From an uncultured delta proteobacterium (GTDB lineage: Bacteria; Desulfobacterota; Desulfomonilia; UBA1062), in contig CAWAUM010000010.1 in NCBI GenBank assembly GCA_963785235.1, positions 32,001 through 96,000 on the forward strand: a DNA stretch of 64,000 nt. Reading direction: 5' to 3'. Below the pieces are notes generated by a model. The model worked only from the letters and a program-made list of their open reading frames with translations. It ran no database searches and was not told where the DNA came from. This document shows, piece by piece, positions 10,813-20,473 of this stretch (position 1 is the stretch's first letter; each line of letters starts with the position of its first letter). The position numbers were made by a program, and so were the translations under genes.

Positions 10813-12765
10813 TTATTTATCATCGTCAAGCCGGTACCGTTTCTCTCTATAGGAAATAGTCGGCCAGATGGCCTGTGCCAAGGCGTCCCTGATGAGTTCC
10901 GGATCCTTTTCGACCGGCTCCAGCTTGCCTTGCCGGAGAATATACGCGGTTGCAGGCTTATTGGGGGTATGGATTACCACCTGGTCTCCCACCATGTAGG
11001 CCTGGTTGTTGTGGAACTGCATAACAGCCCGGCCAGGATAATTTTTAGGCGTTTGCAAAAGGTCATGACCTTGCATGGGATGACTCGATTCGATCCCCAT
11101 GATAGACAGAAGAGTCGGTGCTAGATCAATCTGGCTGGCCACTTTGTCGTAGCGGCCTGGCTTGACATCAGCCCCTATAATCAGTGCCGGAATATGAAAA
11201 CTCTTGACGGGTACCAGTTCGTCGCCGAAAACCTTTTCTTCATGGTCAGCCACAACCAAGAACAGCGTATTATCCCAGTAAGGGGCCTTTTGAGCACGCT
11301 CAAAGAACTTTCCAAGGGCATAATCAGAGTATTTTACAGCGTTATTGCAGGTATTTTTGGGCTTCTCATAGAGTTCTATGCGCCCATCGGGGTATTTGAA
11401 GGGAGCGTGGTTGGATACGGTGAATACAAAGGTGAAAAAAGACTTATTCCCATGGGCTAGAAGCTTTTGGTGGGTAAGGTTGAAAATATCCTCGTCGGAG
11501 ACCCCCCAGGTGCCATGAAAAACCGATTCGGTAAAGTACTTTTCATCGACCACACGATCGAAACCGTTTCCAAGGAGAAAGCCCTGCATGTTGTCGAATT
11601 TGCTGTCCCCTCCATAGAAAAACTCGGTGGTGTACCCCTGCTTTTTCAAGAGGCGGCCGATGGTAAAAAAGTTATGCTGTGACAGACCCAGTTTAACGAT
11701 ACTGCGCAACGGTGTCGGGGGAAAGCCTGTCACAACAGCCTCGACCCCTCCGGACGAACGTGTCCCAGTGGCATACAGCTGGCTGAACCATAGACCTTTC
11801 TGCGAAAGCTTTTCCAGCTCCGGAGTCAGAGGAAGACCGCCCAAGGATTGAACAAACATACCACCCAGGCTTTCCTCGAGAATAATGACAAGATTGAGTG
11901 GCCGGTCCCGTTTCTGCTTCGGAATTTGCCTGTGTAGCGTCGGGATATCCGGGTTGGTGAATGCAGCCTCGGGAAAGCCCATCGCCTTGTGCACGCGCCG
12001 GATGACCTCATCAGTGTCCATTTTACCGTAAGATCGCATCGAATACGACTCATTATAAATTCCGTAAATTGCATAGCAAAGAGAATAGGCGGAACTGACC
12101 CCCAACTGGTTGACCAGGGGATCGTTGCAAAAAGCTGCCGTATTCAGGTTGGCGGGGCGGCTGCTGAAACTGGATCGGGCGCCGGCAAAAAGAAGAAGCA
12201 GAACCAAGGGCAGAACAACCAGTCTCCGCTTTACCCCCCATGGCTGAGATGCAAGGGTCAGCCTATGAATCAATTTCCAGCTCCCCAAGACCGTCAGGAC
12301 AATCAGGACCCCAGCCAGGATCAGGGGGACTTTGTAAGCGGACCATAAGGTTGAAAAGACCTCCTGTGGATGATCGAGATATTCGAAGAAGAGACGGTTC
12401 GGACGGATGTCGAACTGGTCTATAAATGATGGCGTTGCCACCTCCATAAATACAATAAACACGGCATACCCTGTCAGCCATACTTGCAAAACGCGATGCC
12501 AGATGCGGTGAATCTTGTTACTGGAGGGGAGAAGAAGGCTTATGAGGGTAGGCAGGGCAACGGCGATCGATAACAACAAAACATCCATGCGGATGCCATA
12601 CCCTAAGACTGGCCACAGTCCTTCGATGGCTGTGACCCTGTCCCATTTCCAAGCAATGAAGCATAGTCGGGCCAAGCCCAGAAAAACAAGTGTCACAAGA
12701 AAAAAGCCGAATATCGGTAATAACGGGCCTAAATATTTAGCTAACCAACTTTTTACAGTCATCAT
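10813..12765 (-). CDS. LTA synthase / phosphoglycerol transferase family membrane sulfatase
   Basis: Several N-terminal TM segments, NLVIILEES, catalytic Thr (GTRS), SNHAPF, VADH, ASQIDLAPT. Confidence 0.9.
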   Translation of the reverse strand: MMTVKSWLAKYLGPLLPIFGFFLVTLVFLGLARLCFIAWKWDRVTAIEGLWPVLGYGIRMDVLLLSIAVALPTLISLLLPSSNKIHRIWHRVLQVWLTGYAVFIVFMEVATPSFIDQFDIRPNRLFFEYLDHPQEVFSTLWSAYKVPLILAGVLIVLTVLGSWKLIHRLTLASQPWGVKRRLVVLPLVLLLLFAGARSSFSSRPANLNTAAFCNDPLVNQLGVSSAYSLCYAIYGIYNESYSMRSYGKMDTDEVIRRVHKAMGFPEAAFTNPDIPTLHRQIPKQKRDRPLNLVIILEESLGGMFVQSLGGLPLTPELEKLSQKGLWFSQLYATGTRSSGGVEAVVTGFPPTPLRSIVKLGLSQHNFFTIGRLLKKQGYTTEFFYGGDSKFDNMQGFLLGNGFDRVVDEKYFTESVFHGTWGVSDEDIFNLTHQKLLAHGNKSFFTFVFTVSNHAPFKYPDGRIELYEKPKNTCNNAVKYSDYALGKFFERAQKAPYWDNTLFLVVADHEEKVFGDELVPVKSFHIPALIIGADVKPGRYDKVASQIDLAPTLLSIMGIESSHPMQGHDLLQTPKNYPGRAVMQFHNNQAYMVGDQVVIHTPNKPATAYILRQGKLEPVEKDPELIRDALAQAIWPTISYREKRYRLDDDK

Positions 12766-12943
12766 CAGAGTGATCCTTCCAGTGAATAGGGGAAGTTCGT
12801 CATAGGAGGGAGAGGTTTACAGAGAAAATATATACAACTATCAAAGTATTATATCCCTCTATTCATGAACATCCAACTTACTGAATTTAGTCAAATACTC
12901 AGTTTAAATTAATTACAAATAAATGCAGATTGGTGTTATCATA

Positions 12944-13654
12944 TTACTCCTTCTCCATGGGAAAGGTCAGCCCCGCCCCGAACCAGCCGATGACGCTCAC
13001 CATGGGCACGAGGGATATGACCAGCAGGAGATAGATAAGCCCCTCCGTGCCGAGCGAGGTGAACACGTCCGGAAACATGGCCCGCCAGAGAAACGTGATC
13101 AGTGCCACACAGAAAAGGATAAGAGACAGGTATATCTTGATCCTGATGGGCGTCATGGGCCGGGCTCCGTAGTTGAGCCACCAGGTGAAGAAGCCGCTCA
13201 GGATGGCCGGGACCGAAAAGAGGATGCCTGCGCCCAGGCAGTGGAACGCGGTTGTCTCAAAGGATTTCACATCCGTGATGAGGAACAGGATGCAGAACAG
13301 GGCCGGGGTGATGGAAAAGGCGATGGGGAAGTGTACGAGCATGGGGTGCGGGTGGCGCCGGAAAAACGGGAAGCGCTTCAGCAGCATCTCGAGCGGGTTG
13401 GGCAGTGAGCCTGCATCTCCCTTTTTCTTCAACACGCCCACTTGGGGATATTTATCCAGGACCTCGGGTCCGTGCGGGGCCGCACCGATATCGGTGGTGA
13501 GGTCCTGGCCTGCTGGGTGACGCTTCATGTGGAGCCCGGTCTTCCACAGCCTGCTTTCGCTTAGGTCAAACACCCTGCCCTTGTGGGCCACATATGCGGG
13601 TTTTCCATCCTTTCCGCTGAATTCCGCCAGAGATTCCGGATCGAATTCCTTCAT
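12944..13654 (-). CDS. Cytochrome b5-like heme/steroid-binding domain fused to DUF2231-like membrane domain
   Basis: AYVAHKGRVFDLS..W..G.H..RHPAGQDLT..APHG (b5-like), then HPHPMLVHFPIA and about 4 TM segments. Confidence 0.85.
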   Translation of the reverse strand: MKEFDPESLAEFSGKDGKPAYVAHKGRVFDLSESRLWKTGLHMKRHPAGQDLTTDIGAAPHGPEVLDKYPQVGVLKKKGDAGSLPNPLEMLLKRFPFFRRHPHPMLVHFPIAFSITPALFCILFLITDVKSFETTAFHCLGAGILFSVPAILSGFFTWWLNYGARPMTPIRIKIYLSLILFCVALITFLWRAMFPDVFTSLGTEGLIYLLLVISLVPMVSVIGWFGAGLTFPMEKE

Positions 13655-13696
13655 AGTGTCCTTCCTTGATAGGGCACAGGATAACCCATAATACTA

Positions 13697-14638
13697 TTAA
13701 AAAAACGTCAAGCTCAACACTGTTGTCAGGAGCATGAACAAAGGATAGTAGCTGCACCTGTTAAACAGTTGAAATGCCTCCGCGGCCCCCCTGGTCTTAT
13801 ACAAATGGTAAGCAGGTATCAGGATAAAATACAATCCCGAAAACATCGCCCCCAGGAGATAGACAGGGCTTATGTGGTTTGGCACTATCCAGAACATGGC
13901 CACACTCATGGCAACGGCAAAGGCCAGCGAAGCATAGATGATCTTTATAGACACCTGTGCACCGAAGCGTACAGGGATTGTCCGGGCCTTTATCTGCTGA
14001 TCGGTATCCAGATCGGACAGATCGTTCGGGACATTCTGCCCTCCGATCTCCCAGAAGAAGAGCCAGAGAAAGAGTATTATCAAGAATGGCATGGAAGGTT
14101 GAGGCGTTACTGCAAATACAGCCGCAATGGGGCCCGAGGTTTTGACTATCCCGCTGATGATACTGCGGAGGTGGGTGATCTTTAAGAGATAGCAGTAGAT
14201 GACTTCAAACATACAGGCACCAAGGAAAATGACAATGCATATGGGATTGAGAAAAAAGGCCCCTGTCAGCGCCAGAACCGCCCAGGCAGAGGCCCACAAC
14301 AGGGCATCCCTGTATCTCAACATCCCCTGCGCAAGGGGGTGGCGTACTAATACGCTGTCCAGGTCCGGTTTCGATTCATGGGCTTTGTTTGAGTGAATGA
14401 GTTCCTTGTCAACACGGTAATCTATGATATCGTTCAGTGCATAAACAGCCGTATAACCCGAGAAGGCGGTGATCAGACCCAGGACAATGACACTTGCAGG
14501 GGGAAAGGCACCCAAACAAAGCAGGGCCGCCAACCCGGGGGTTGCCAGATCCAATAGTAAATGGGGCGTGCGGGAAAGTGCGAGAAAAAGGTTCAGTCTC
14601 GTAATTCCTGCCTGCACTGGAAATGATGTGGTCTTCAA
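13697..14638 (-). CDS. UbiA-family prenyltransferase
   Basis: Asp-rich motifs NDIIDYRVD and NDLSDLDTD, RHPL..G, multiple TM segments. Start uncertain. Confidence 0.9.
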   Translation of the reverse strand: MKTTSFPVQAGITRLNLFLALSRTPHLLLDLATPGLAALLCLGAFPPASVIVLGLITAFSGYTAVYALNDIIDYRVDKELIHSNKAHESKPDLDSVLVRHPLAQGMLRYRDALLWASAWAVLALTGAFFLNPICIVIFLGACMFEVIYCYLLKITHLRSIISGIVKTSGPIAAVFAVTPQPSMPFLIILFLWLFFWEIGGQNVPNDLSDLDTDQQIKARTIPVRFGAQVSIKIIYASLAFAVAMSVAMFWIVPNHISPVYLLGAMFSGLYFILIPAYHLYKTRGAAEAFQLFNRCSYYPLFMLLTTVLSLTFF

Positions 14639-14667
14639 TCAGTTTCCTCTTTTATTATAAAGTAGAG

Positions 14668-17259
14668 TTATTTCTTCTTCTTTTTAAATAACCCCTCCAT
14701 CATATTATCAAGGGATTTGCGGGTTCCATCCGTACCGGACGGCAGCGTGCCTTTGTCCTGGAGCTTCTTCAGGCCCTGATCCAAGGCCTTGTTGGCGTAG
14801 TACCTGGTGAAGGCACTGCTCAAAGATTTTACCTCCACCATGGGAAGAGGCTTCTTGACCGAGCCGGTAATGGTGATGGGCAGCACGAGCCGTTTCTGGT
14901 CGTTCATGATGGCCGAAAATGCGTCGGCCCTGGCGCCCATGCGCTGGGAGAACCGCTTGGGCAGCACTACGTTTCCCTTGAGATGCACCTCATTGGTCTC
15001 CATGCTGATGGTGCCCTTCAGGTTGGACTCGGTATCCACATCCTTGCCGCTCGAAATATTCAGGAGCTTCATGGAGTCGACATTGATGACCTTCTTGGCA
15101 AGGTCGATACTCGTATTCAGCGATTCAAAGCGGGTTGCATTGTATTTCTGTACCTCTGCCGGGGCAAAGCCGAAGATCTCCGATGCCCCGGGCACTCCCA
15201 GAATGGAGCTCAGGGCTGTGCCTGCCAGGTCGAAATTCTTCCACTCACCCTTGCTGATGGTCAGATTACCCTTGGCGCCAAGGTTGTTCAGTGCAGGTGA
15301 ACCGGCCACACCGGTGGCCTTGAGGTCGCCCGAGATGGCCCCGGTAAACACCCCCTTGAAATTCGTGAGCACGTCCAGGATACTGCCTGCCTGCACATTG
15401 TTGAACACAGGGGCTGCAGCCCATGCCTTGGTCTTGAGGTTGTACGATGCAGATCCCCTGATGGAACCCTTGAGCGCGTTCAGGTCGAATGAGCTCACCT
15501 TGAACTGGTCATTTTCCAAGGTAAAGGTGCTGACAAGGGTTGAATATGGCACTTCCATGAAAACGCCTCCCTGGGACTTCATGGAACCCCTGGCCGTGAG
15601 CGCCTTATCCTTTTTCAGGGCATCCACCGCAAAGGTAACGGCATTCATATCGGCCTTCATGGGGCCTGCCAGGACCTTGGCCTTGGGCTGCTCACCTTCC
15701 TTGGGCTTGGTGAGTACAAGGCCCATGCGCTCGGATGCGGCCTGTACATTAATGGCCATGGGTCTGCCGGTCCCACCGCTCAGAATGGTCTTCACCACTA
15801 CATTCCCTGTAGGCTTGAATGCCTGCAGCATGGGGATGATAGCCTGGGCAGCCTGCAGCGAGACAGGTCTGGTCTGTATGCTGATCTGGTAGCTTGATTT
15901 GCCGGAAGCCTTTCGTGCCTCGCCTGAACCTTGTGCTGTTATGGCCCCGAGGTTGAGATCAAGGACGTTGATCTGGGTTATCTCGGGTTTCAAGGTTAAC
16001 CTGCTGGAAAAAGTCATGGGGCTGCCTGCAGGCTTGCTTAAGATCTTGCCAAAGGTGATTGCCATGGGTTTCATGTCAACAGCCGTATTCACCTGGAACG
16101 CCTCTTTGGTGCCCGTGGTGATCAGGCTGAATCCGGCAGGTCCGGCAAGGGTTATCTTGGCGGGTATGAGCCCGGCAAACATGGGCAGCTGTTCAAGAAT
16201 GGGACCCGGGGTTAGGCGATCCGACTTGAAGGACATGTTCCAGGCCGGAGCTGTCCTGAAATTTTGGAGTGCTCCCTGGAAAGAACCGCGGTCCTGCCCC
16301 AGTGTAAAGGTGCCGTTGCTGATCATGAGCTGCTGCTTGTCAAACTCCAGGATGAGATCGTTGGTAATTTTGCATGAAATGCCCTTGAGACCTTTTGCAG
16401 GTTGTTTGATGTCAGCGCTGCGCAATACAAGCCCTTCCAGGTCCAGGGCCACCTTGGAGGCGATCTTGTCTTTCAGGATCCCTTTCGCGGTGATGTCGAT
16501 CTTCATGGCACCTGCCTGAATGGGCATCTTCACCGGGAGTGCGGTAAGGGGCAGCGAATCCAGAACAAGATGCACGTCTACCGGCATCCCTGTAAAACCG
16601 CCCGTTTCCGGCATCGGCCCTACCGTGCCTGCCAGGGCAAAATTCTGTCCTTCAGGGCTCATTACCGATGCAGACAGAGAGAATGAAACGGGTTTGAACA
16701 TGGAGATGTCCTGAGATTCCAGTTCGATATCGCTGATGGCAAAGGGCTTGGCCTCAGGCCCCAGTTTTTCATCCCTGTAGGTTATCATACCCTGCTTTAT
16801 CACCACGTTGCTCACCAGCAATGAGGCAAAAGCCCCGGGCTTTGGTTTCTTCGGTTTCTCACCCGGCTTAGGCGTGACCAGGGTTGCGAAGTTGAACACG
16901 CCTTGAGCATTCTTCACAATATGAATCTGCGGCTCCTTGAGTACAACTGTGTTGATCTTTATCTGCCTTGCCAGCAGGGGCAGAATGGCAACCCTGACCT
17001 TTGCCGCCTTGAGGGTAAGGAAGTCGTCCTTTGAGAATGCCGCGTCATCAAAGATGCGCAGGTCTTTTATCTCAGCACCCAGACCAGTCAGGATCGTGAG
17101 CTTGATTTCCCTGAAATCCACCTGCCTGTTCGTGTAGGTCTTGATCTGGGCAAGGATAGTGTCCTTGTGCTTGTTCAGGTCTATGGCAAAAGGCAATATG
17201 GCAAGGATTACAACAATCAATCCAACAACAGCAGCAACGCCGATTGCAAACTTTTTCAT
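14668..17259 (-). CDS. AsmA-family protein
   Basis: N-terminal TM anchor, AsmA-like N-terminus (DLNKHKDTI..., LPLLARQIKI), beta-rich body, C-terminal LPITITGS..KP; RBS AAGGAGG. Confidence 0.85.
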   Translation of the reverse strand: MKKFAIGVAAVVGLIVVILAILPFAIDLNKHKDTILAQIKTYTNRQVDFREIKLTILTGLGAEIKDLRIFDDAAFSKDDFLTLKAAKVRVAILPLLARQIKINTVVLKEPQIHIVKNAQGVFNFATLVTPKPGEKPKKPKPGAFASLLVSNVVIKQGMITYRDEKLGPEAKPFAISDIELESQDISMFKPVSFSLSASVMSPEGQNFALAGTVGPMPETGGFTGMPVDVHLVLDSLPLTALPVKMPIQAGAMKIDITAKGILKDKIASKVALDLEGLVLRSADIKQPAKGLKGISCKITNDLILEFDKQQLMISNGTFTLGQDRGSFQGALQNFRTAPAWNMSFKSDRLTPGPILEQLPMFAGLIPAKITLAGPAGFSLITTGTKEAFQVNTAVDMKPMAITFGKILSKPAGSPMTFSSRLTLKPEITQINVLDLNLGAITAQGSGEARKASGKSSYQISIQTRPVSLQAAQAIIPMLQAFKPTGNVVVKTILSGGTGRPMAINVQAASERMGLVLTKPKEGEQPKAKVLAGPMKADMNAVTFAVDALKKDKALTARGSMKSQGGVFMEVPYSTLVSTFTLENDQFKVSSFDLNALKGSIRGSASYNLKTKAWAAAPVFNNVQAGSILDVLTNFKGVFTGAISGDLKATGVAGSPALNNLGAKGNLTISKGEWKNFDLAGTALSSILGVPGASEIFGFAPAEVQKYNATRFESLNTSIDLAKKVINVDSMKLLNISSGKDVDTESNLKGTISMETNEVHLKGNVVLPKRFSQRMGARADAFSAIMNDQKRLVLPITITGSVKKPLPMVEVKSLSSAFTRYYANKALDQGLKKLQDKGTLPSGTDGTRKSLDNMMEGLFKKKKK

Positions 17260-17435
17260 GTAAAAAACCTCCTTTGTGAGAACAACTGCGAACATCCCCA
17301 CACCTGGAGGTTATATAACATGCACTAGCTGGACAGACAACGGGTGACTCCGAATAACCGGGGGACGGATTCCTGTTCACATTTTAATCCCAGGCACCAA
17401 TCGCTATTCACTATTTCTGATCACTGATCACAATG

Positions 17436-17473
17436 AAAAGAGCCCTTCGCTTTATGAACGAAAGGGCTCTTTT
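17436..17473 (-). terminator. Rho-independent terminator after the asnA-like gene
   Basis: AAAAGAGCCCTTCG...CGAAAGGGCTCTTTT inverted repeat with A/T tails on both sides. Confidence 0.8.
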
Positions 17474-17494
17474 ATTAGAAATCTTACTATGACT

Positions 17495-18718
17495 CTAGAA
17501 AAGGAATATGGGGTACGTGTCAGGGTTCTTTCCGAAGCAGGTGATGTCGTCGATCTTTTCGATGTTGGCGCCCTTGAGCATCGCATAGAGCGACCTTTCC
17601 ACACCTATGCCTGCACCCATGGTATCAGGGAAATACGGCTGACCCTTTTTATTGAGCATATGGACTGCGGTGAGGAAGGGTCCATACCCGTCAAGGACAG
17701 CAATATTCCTCAGCACCCCGTCTTCAAAAACCGGCTCTTCAGGGATAATCCGGTTATCGAGAAGCCTCTTGATAATCGGCTCATACAGCCATTCTCTGAT
17801 GGCGCCTGAGAGTATTTCCAGTGCCGGCGTGGTCTTATTGGTCTTTCTGATGATGGACTTTGCGCAGATATCGTAGTTGTAGATCATGTCCGATGTAAAA
17901 GAAGACAGCGGTGACTTGCTCCCATCTGAGAGCAGATACGGATAGATAAGATCATAGTTTTCCCTCATGAGCCCGGTAACCCAGAAGAACTGGCCTTTGA
18001 TATCCTCGCCTGCCTTTGCATCGAGATCCACCTTTCCATGCTTCTTTAACGCATGGTCGTGTCTGACCCTGGGGAATGGCTGCTTGGGCACTTCAAGGGC
18101 AACTCCCAAGGCCTTGAGGTTGTCTTCATTCTTGTCTACAATGGCGGATATGGCGGTAATGATCATCCTCTCGAAGAAATCCATGATCCTTTCCATATCT
18201 TCCTTCAGGATCTTCTTCACCTTTTCGGGCTGGTTTTTGTACTGGTCGAAATCAATACCCCTGTTTCTCCTGAGCTCTATATCAATCTGGGAGAAGTCGA
18301 TGAGATATTTCCCCCTCTGTTTTCTCTGAGGGCTTTCGATCTCCAGGCGGATGTTGGGCGAGTCGATAAATATGCCTTTCAGCTTCGGGTTGAAGCATGC
18401 AAGGAACTTCATATAGATCATGGAGTGTGTGACCACATAGGGCATACCCTTGTAATGTATGGTCGGGACGTGCTCCACGTCATGGGCCAACGGGTCAGTC
18501 ACAGGGCTCATCTCCACACGCTCAAGATTAAGAAGGCCTTCATTCACGAGAAAATTATTGATGGCGGTCACAAAGGTGGTGCGGATGCTCATAGCGTTGA
18601 AGATGTCATCGTTCACCCACTTATTTACATAGTTCTCACGAACGAAATCTTCAAAAGTGGATCCTGATTCATTGAGCATAGCCTGAAAATGAAATAGATC
18701 TTCACCAATAAACGCCAT
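17495..18718 (-). CDS. Archaeal-type asparagine synthetase A (class II aaRS catalytic core, no anticodon domain)
   Basis: SPVTDPL, THSMIYMK, SPNIRLE, FSQIDIE, EILSGAIRE, GAGIGVER resemble the archaeal AsnRS-like asparagine synthetase as I recall it. Confidence 0.8.
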   Translation of the reverse strand: MAFIGEDLFHFQAMLNESGSTFEDFVRENYVNKWVNDDIFNAMSIRTTFVTAINNFLVNEGLLNLERVEMSPVTDPLAHDVEHVPTIHYKGMPYVVTHSMIYMKFLACFNPKLKGIFIDSPNIRLEIESPQRKQRGKYLIDFSQIDIELRRNRGIDFDQYKNQPEKVKKILKEDMERIMDFFERMIITAISAIVDKNEDNLKALGVALEVPKQPFPRVRHDHALKKHGKVDLDAKAGEDIKGQFFWVTGLMRENYDLIYPYLLSDGSKSPLSSFTSDMIYNYDICAKSIIRKTNKTTPALEILSGAIREWLYEPIIKRLLDNRIIPEEPVFEDGVLRNIAVLDGYGPFLTAVHMLNKKGQPYFPDTMGAGIGVERSLYAMLKGANIEKIDDITCFGKNPDTYPIFLF

Positions 18719-18778
18719 CTTATAATCCTCCTTGTAGATATATATTGGCCCTAAAGGGCCTCTTGTGAATTAACACCT

Positions 18779-20182
18779 TTAAAAACAGAATTTATCAAAC
18801 TCATCTGGTATGGGCGTGGGATAACTTCCGTCAAAGCAGGCGGTACAGTAATGAGAACTGCATTCCACAGCACTGAGCATGCCTGGGATAGAAAGATAGG
18901 CGAGAGAGTCGGCCTCGAGATAGCACCTGATCTGCTCTATGGTCTTTTCACTGGCAATGAGCTCGGAATGCCTCGATATATCAATGCCGTAATAGCAAGG
19001 GTTCATTATGGGAGGCGAACTGATCCTCACATGTATTTCTTTTGCGCCTTTGTCCCGGAGCATCCTCACGATCTGGCGCATGGTGGTTCCCCTCACGATG
19101 GAATCATCCACCAATACGACGCGTCTGTCCTTGAGAACACCCGTGACCGGGTTGAGCTTGACCTTTACATCGAGGTTCCGCTTGTCCTGGTGCGGTGCTA
19201 TAAAGGTCCTTCCAACATAGTGGTTCCTGATGAGGCCGATCTCATAGCGAAGCCCCGATACCCGTGCATAGCCCAAGGCAGCGGTGTTTCCCGAGTCAGG
19301 TACGGCGATCACGATATCCGCATCAGCCGGGGCCTCTTGTGCCAGTCTTTTTCCCAGGCTCCTGCGGATCTTGTCCACCTTCTCACCGAAGATAAGACTG
19401 TCCGGGCGCGCAAAATAGATATGCTCAAATATGCAGTAGCTTCTGCGAGGCGCCTCAGGCAAACGGCTGCACCTGATACCGGCATTATCAATAACCACTA
19501 TTTCACCCGGCTCCAGGGACCTGATATACTCGGCGCCTACGATGTCAAAGGCACAGGTCTCTGAAGCCACCATATATACCCCATTAATCGTTCCCAGGCT
19601 CAAGGGCCTGAAGCCATACGGGTCCCGCGCGGCAATCAGTTTATCCGGCGTCAGAAATACAAAGCAGTAGGCGCCTATAAGATTTTTCAAGGCATCTGTT
19701 ATTGCATCGACAATATCGGTTTGACTGGATCGGGCTATGAGATGCAGCACAATCTCACTGTCGGATGTGGTCTGAAAAATAGATCCGCTTTCCTGCATGC
19801 CTTTGCGCAGCTGTGAAGCATTGGTGATTGTGCCGTTGTGCCCCACTGCAATCCGGCCTGATTTGCACTCAATTACAATGGGCTGGGCATTAATGATGTT
19901 TGTGGTACCTCTGGTGGAATAACGGTTGTGGCCGATTGCCGCATGTCCTGTAAGCTTGGGCATTGCAGCAGGGTCGGAGAACACCGCCCACACAAGTCCC
20001 AATCCCTTGTGAAGGGCTATGTCGCAGCCATCGGTTGATGCGATGCCTGCACTCTCCTGTCCTCGATGTTGCAGTGCGTAGAGGCCGAGATATATCTTCT
20101 CTGCGGCCTTTTCATCACCATAGATCCCTGCTATGCCGCATTCTTCGTGCCAGTGATCGTCAAGCTGATTCATATCGTTCAT
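18779..20182 (-). CDS. purF: Amidophosphoribosyltransferase
   Basis: Propeptide then CGIAG, LQHRGQESAG, GHNRYST, VDDSIVRGTT, Fe-S cysteines (CIFE, PCYYG, CTAC). Confidence 0.95.
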   Translation of the reverse strand: MNDMNQLDDHWHEECGIAGIYGDEKAAEKIYLGLYALQHRGQESAGIASTDGCDIALHKGLGLVWAVFSDPAAMPKLTGHAAIGHNRYSTRGTTNIINAQPIVIECKSGRIAVGHNGTITNASQLRKGMQESGSIFQTTSDSEIVLHLIARSSQTDIVDAITDALKNLIGAYCFVFLTPDKLIAARDPYGFRPLSLGTINGVYMVASETCAFDIVGAEYIRSLEPGEIVVIDNAGIRCSRLPEAPRRSYCIFEHIYFARPDSLIFGEKVDKIRRSLGKRLAQEAPADADIVIAVPDSGNTAALGYARVSGLRYEIGLIRNHYVGRTFIAPHQDKRNLDVKVKLNPVTGVLKDRRVVLVDDSIVRGTTMRQIVRMLRDKGAKEIHVRISSPPIMNPCYYGIDISRHSELIASEKTIEQIRCYLEADSLAYLSIPGMLSAVECSSHYCTACFDGSYPTPIPDEFDKFCF

Positions 20183-20322
20183 GTATTTCCAGCCTTGCAG
20201 TACCAATGCCTGTTGTAATATGCCTTCAACCACAGTTACCTTCAGAGGATGGCTGGTTCTTATCATCCATCTTTCAGGAGAACAAGGGCAACCAGAAATA
20301 TTGCTCTACGGTCTTATCCTTT

Positions 20323-20339
20323 TGCAAGCACGGAGCCAA
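20323..20339 (-). promoter_or_regulatory. Possible sigma-54 promoter upstream of purF
   Basis: Minus strand TTGGCTCCGTGCTTGCA: GG-N10-GC with TTGCA -12 element. Confidence 0.45.
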
Positions 20340-20473
20340 ATTATTTATATGCCTCCAATTACCAGTAAAAGTGCACCTGTGCATGCGCAGCGTTCATTGA
20401 AGATTGTTTGGCAAATAACACAATTTCGTTTAAATTTTTTTCGATAGTGCTTTTTTGTGTAAAATTAATTGTT

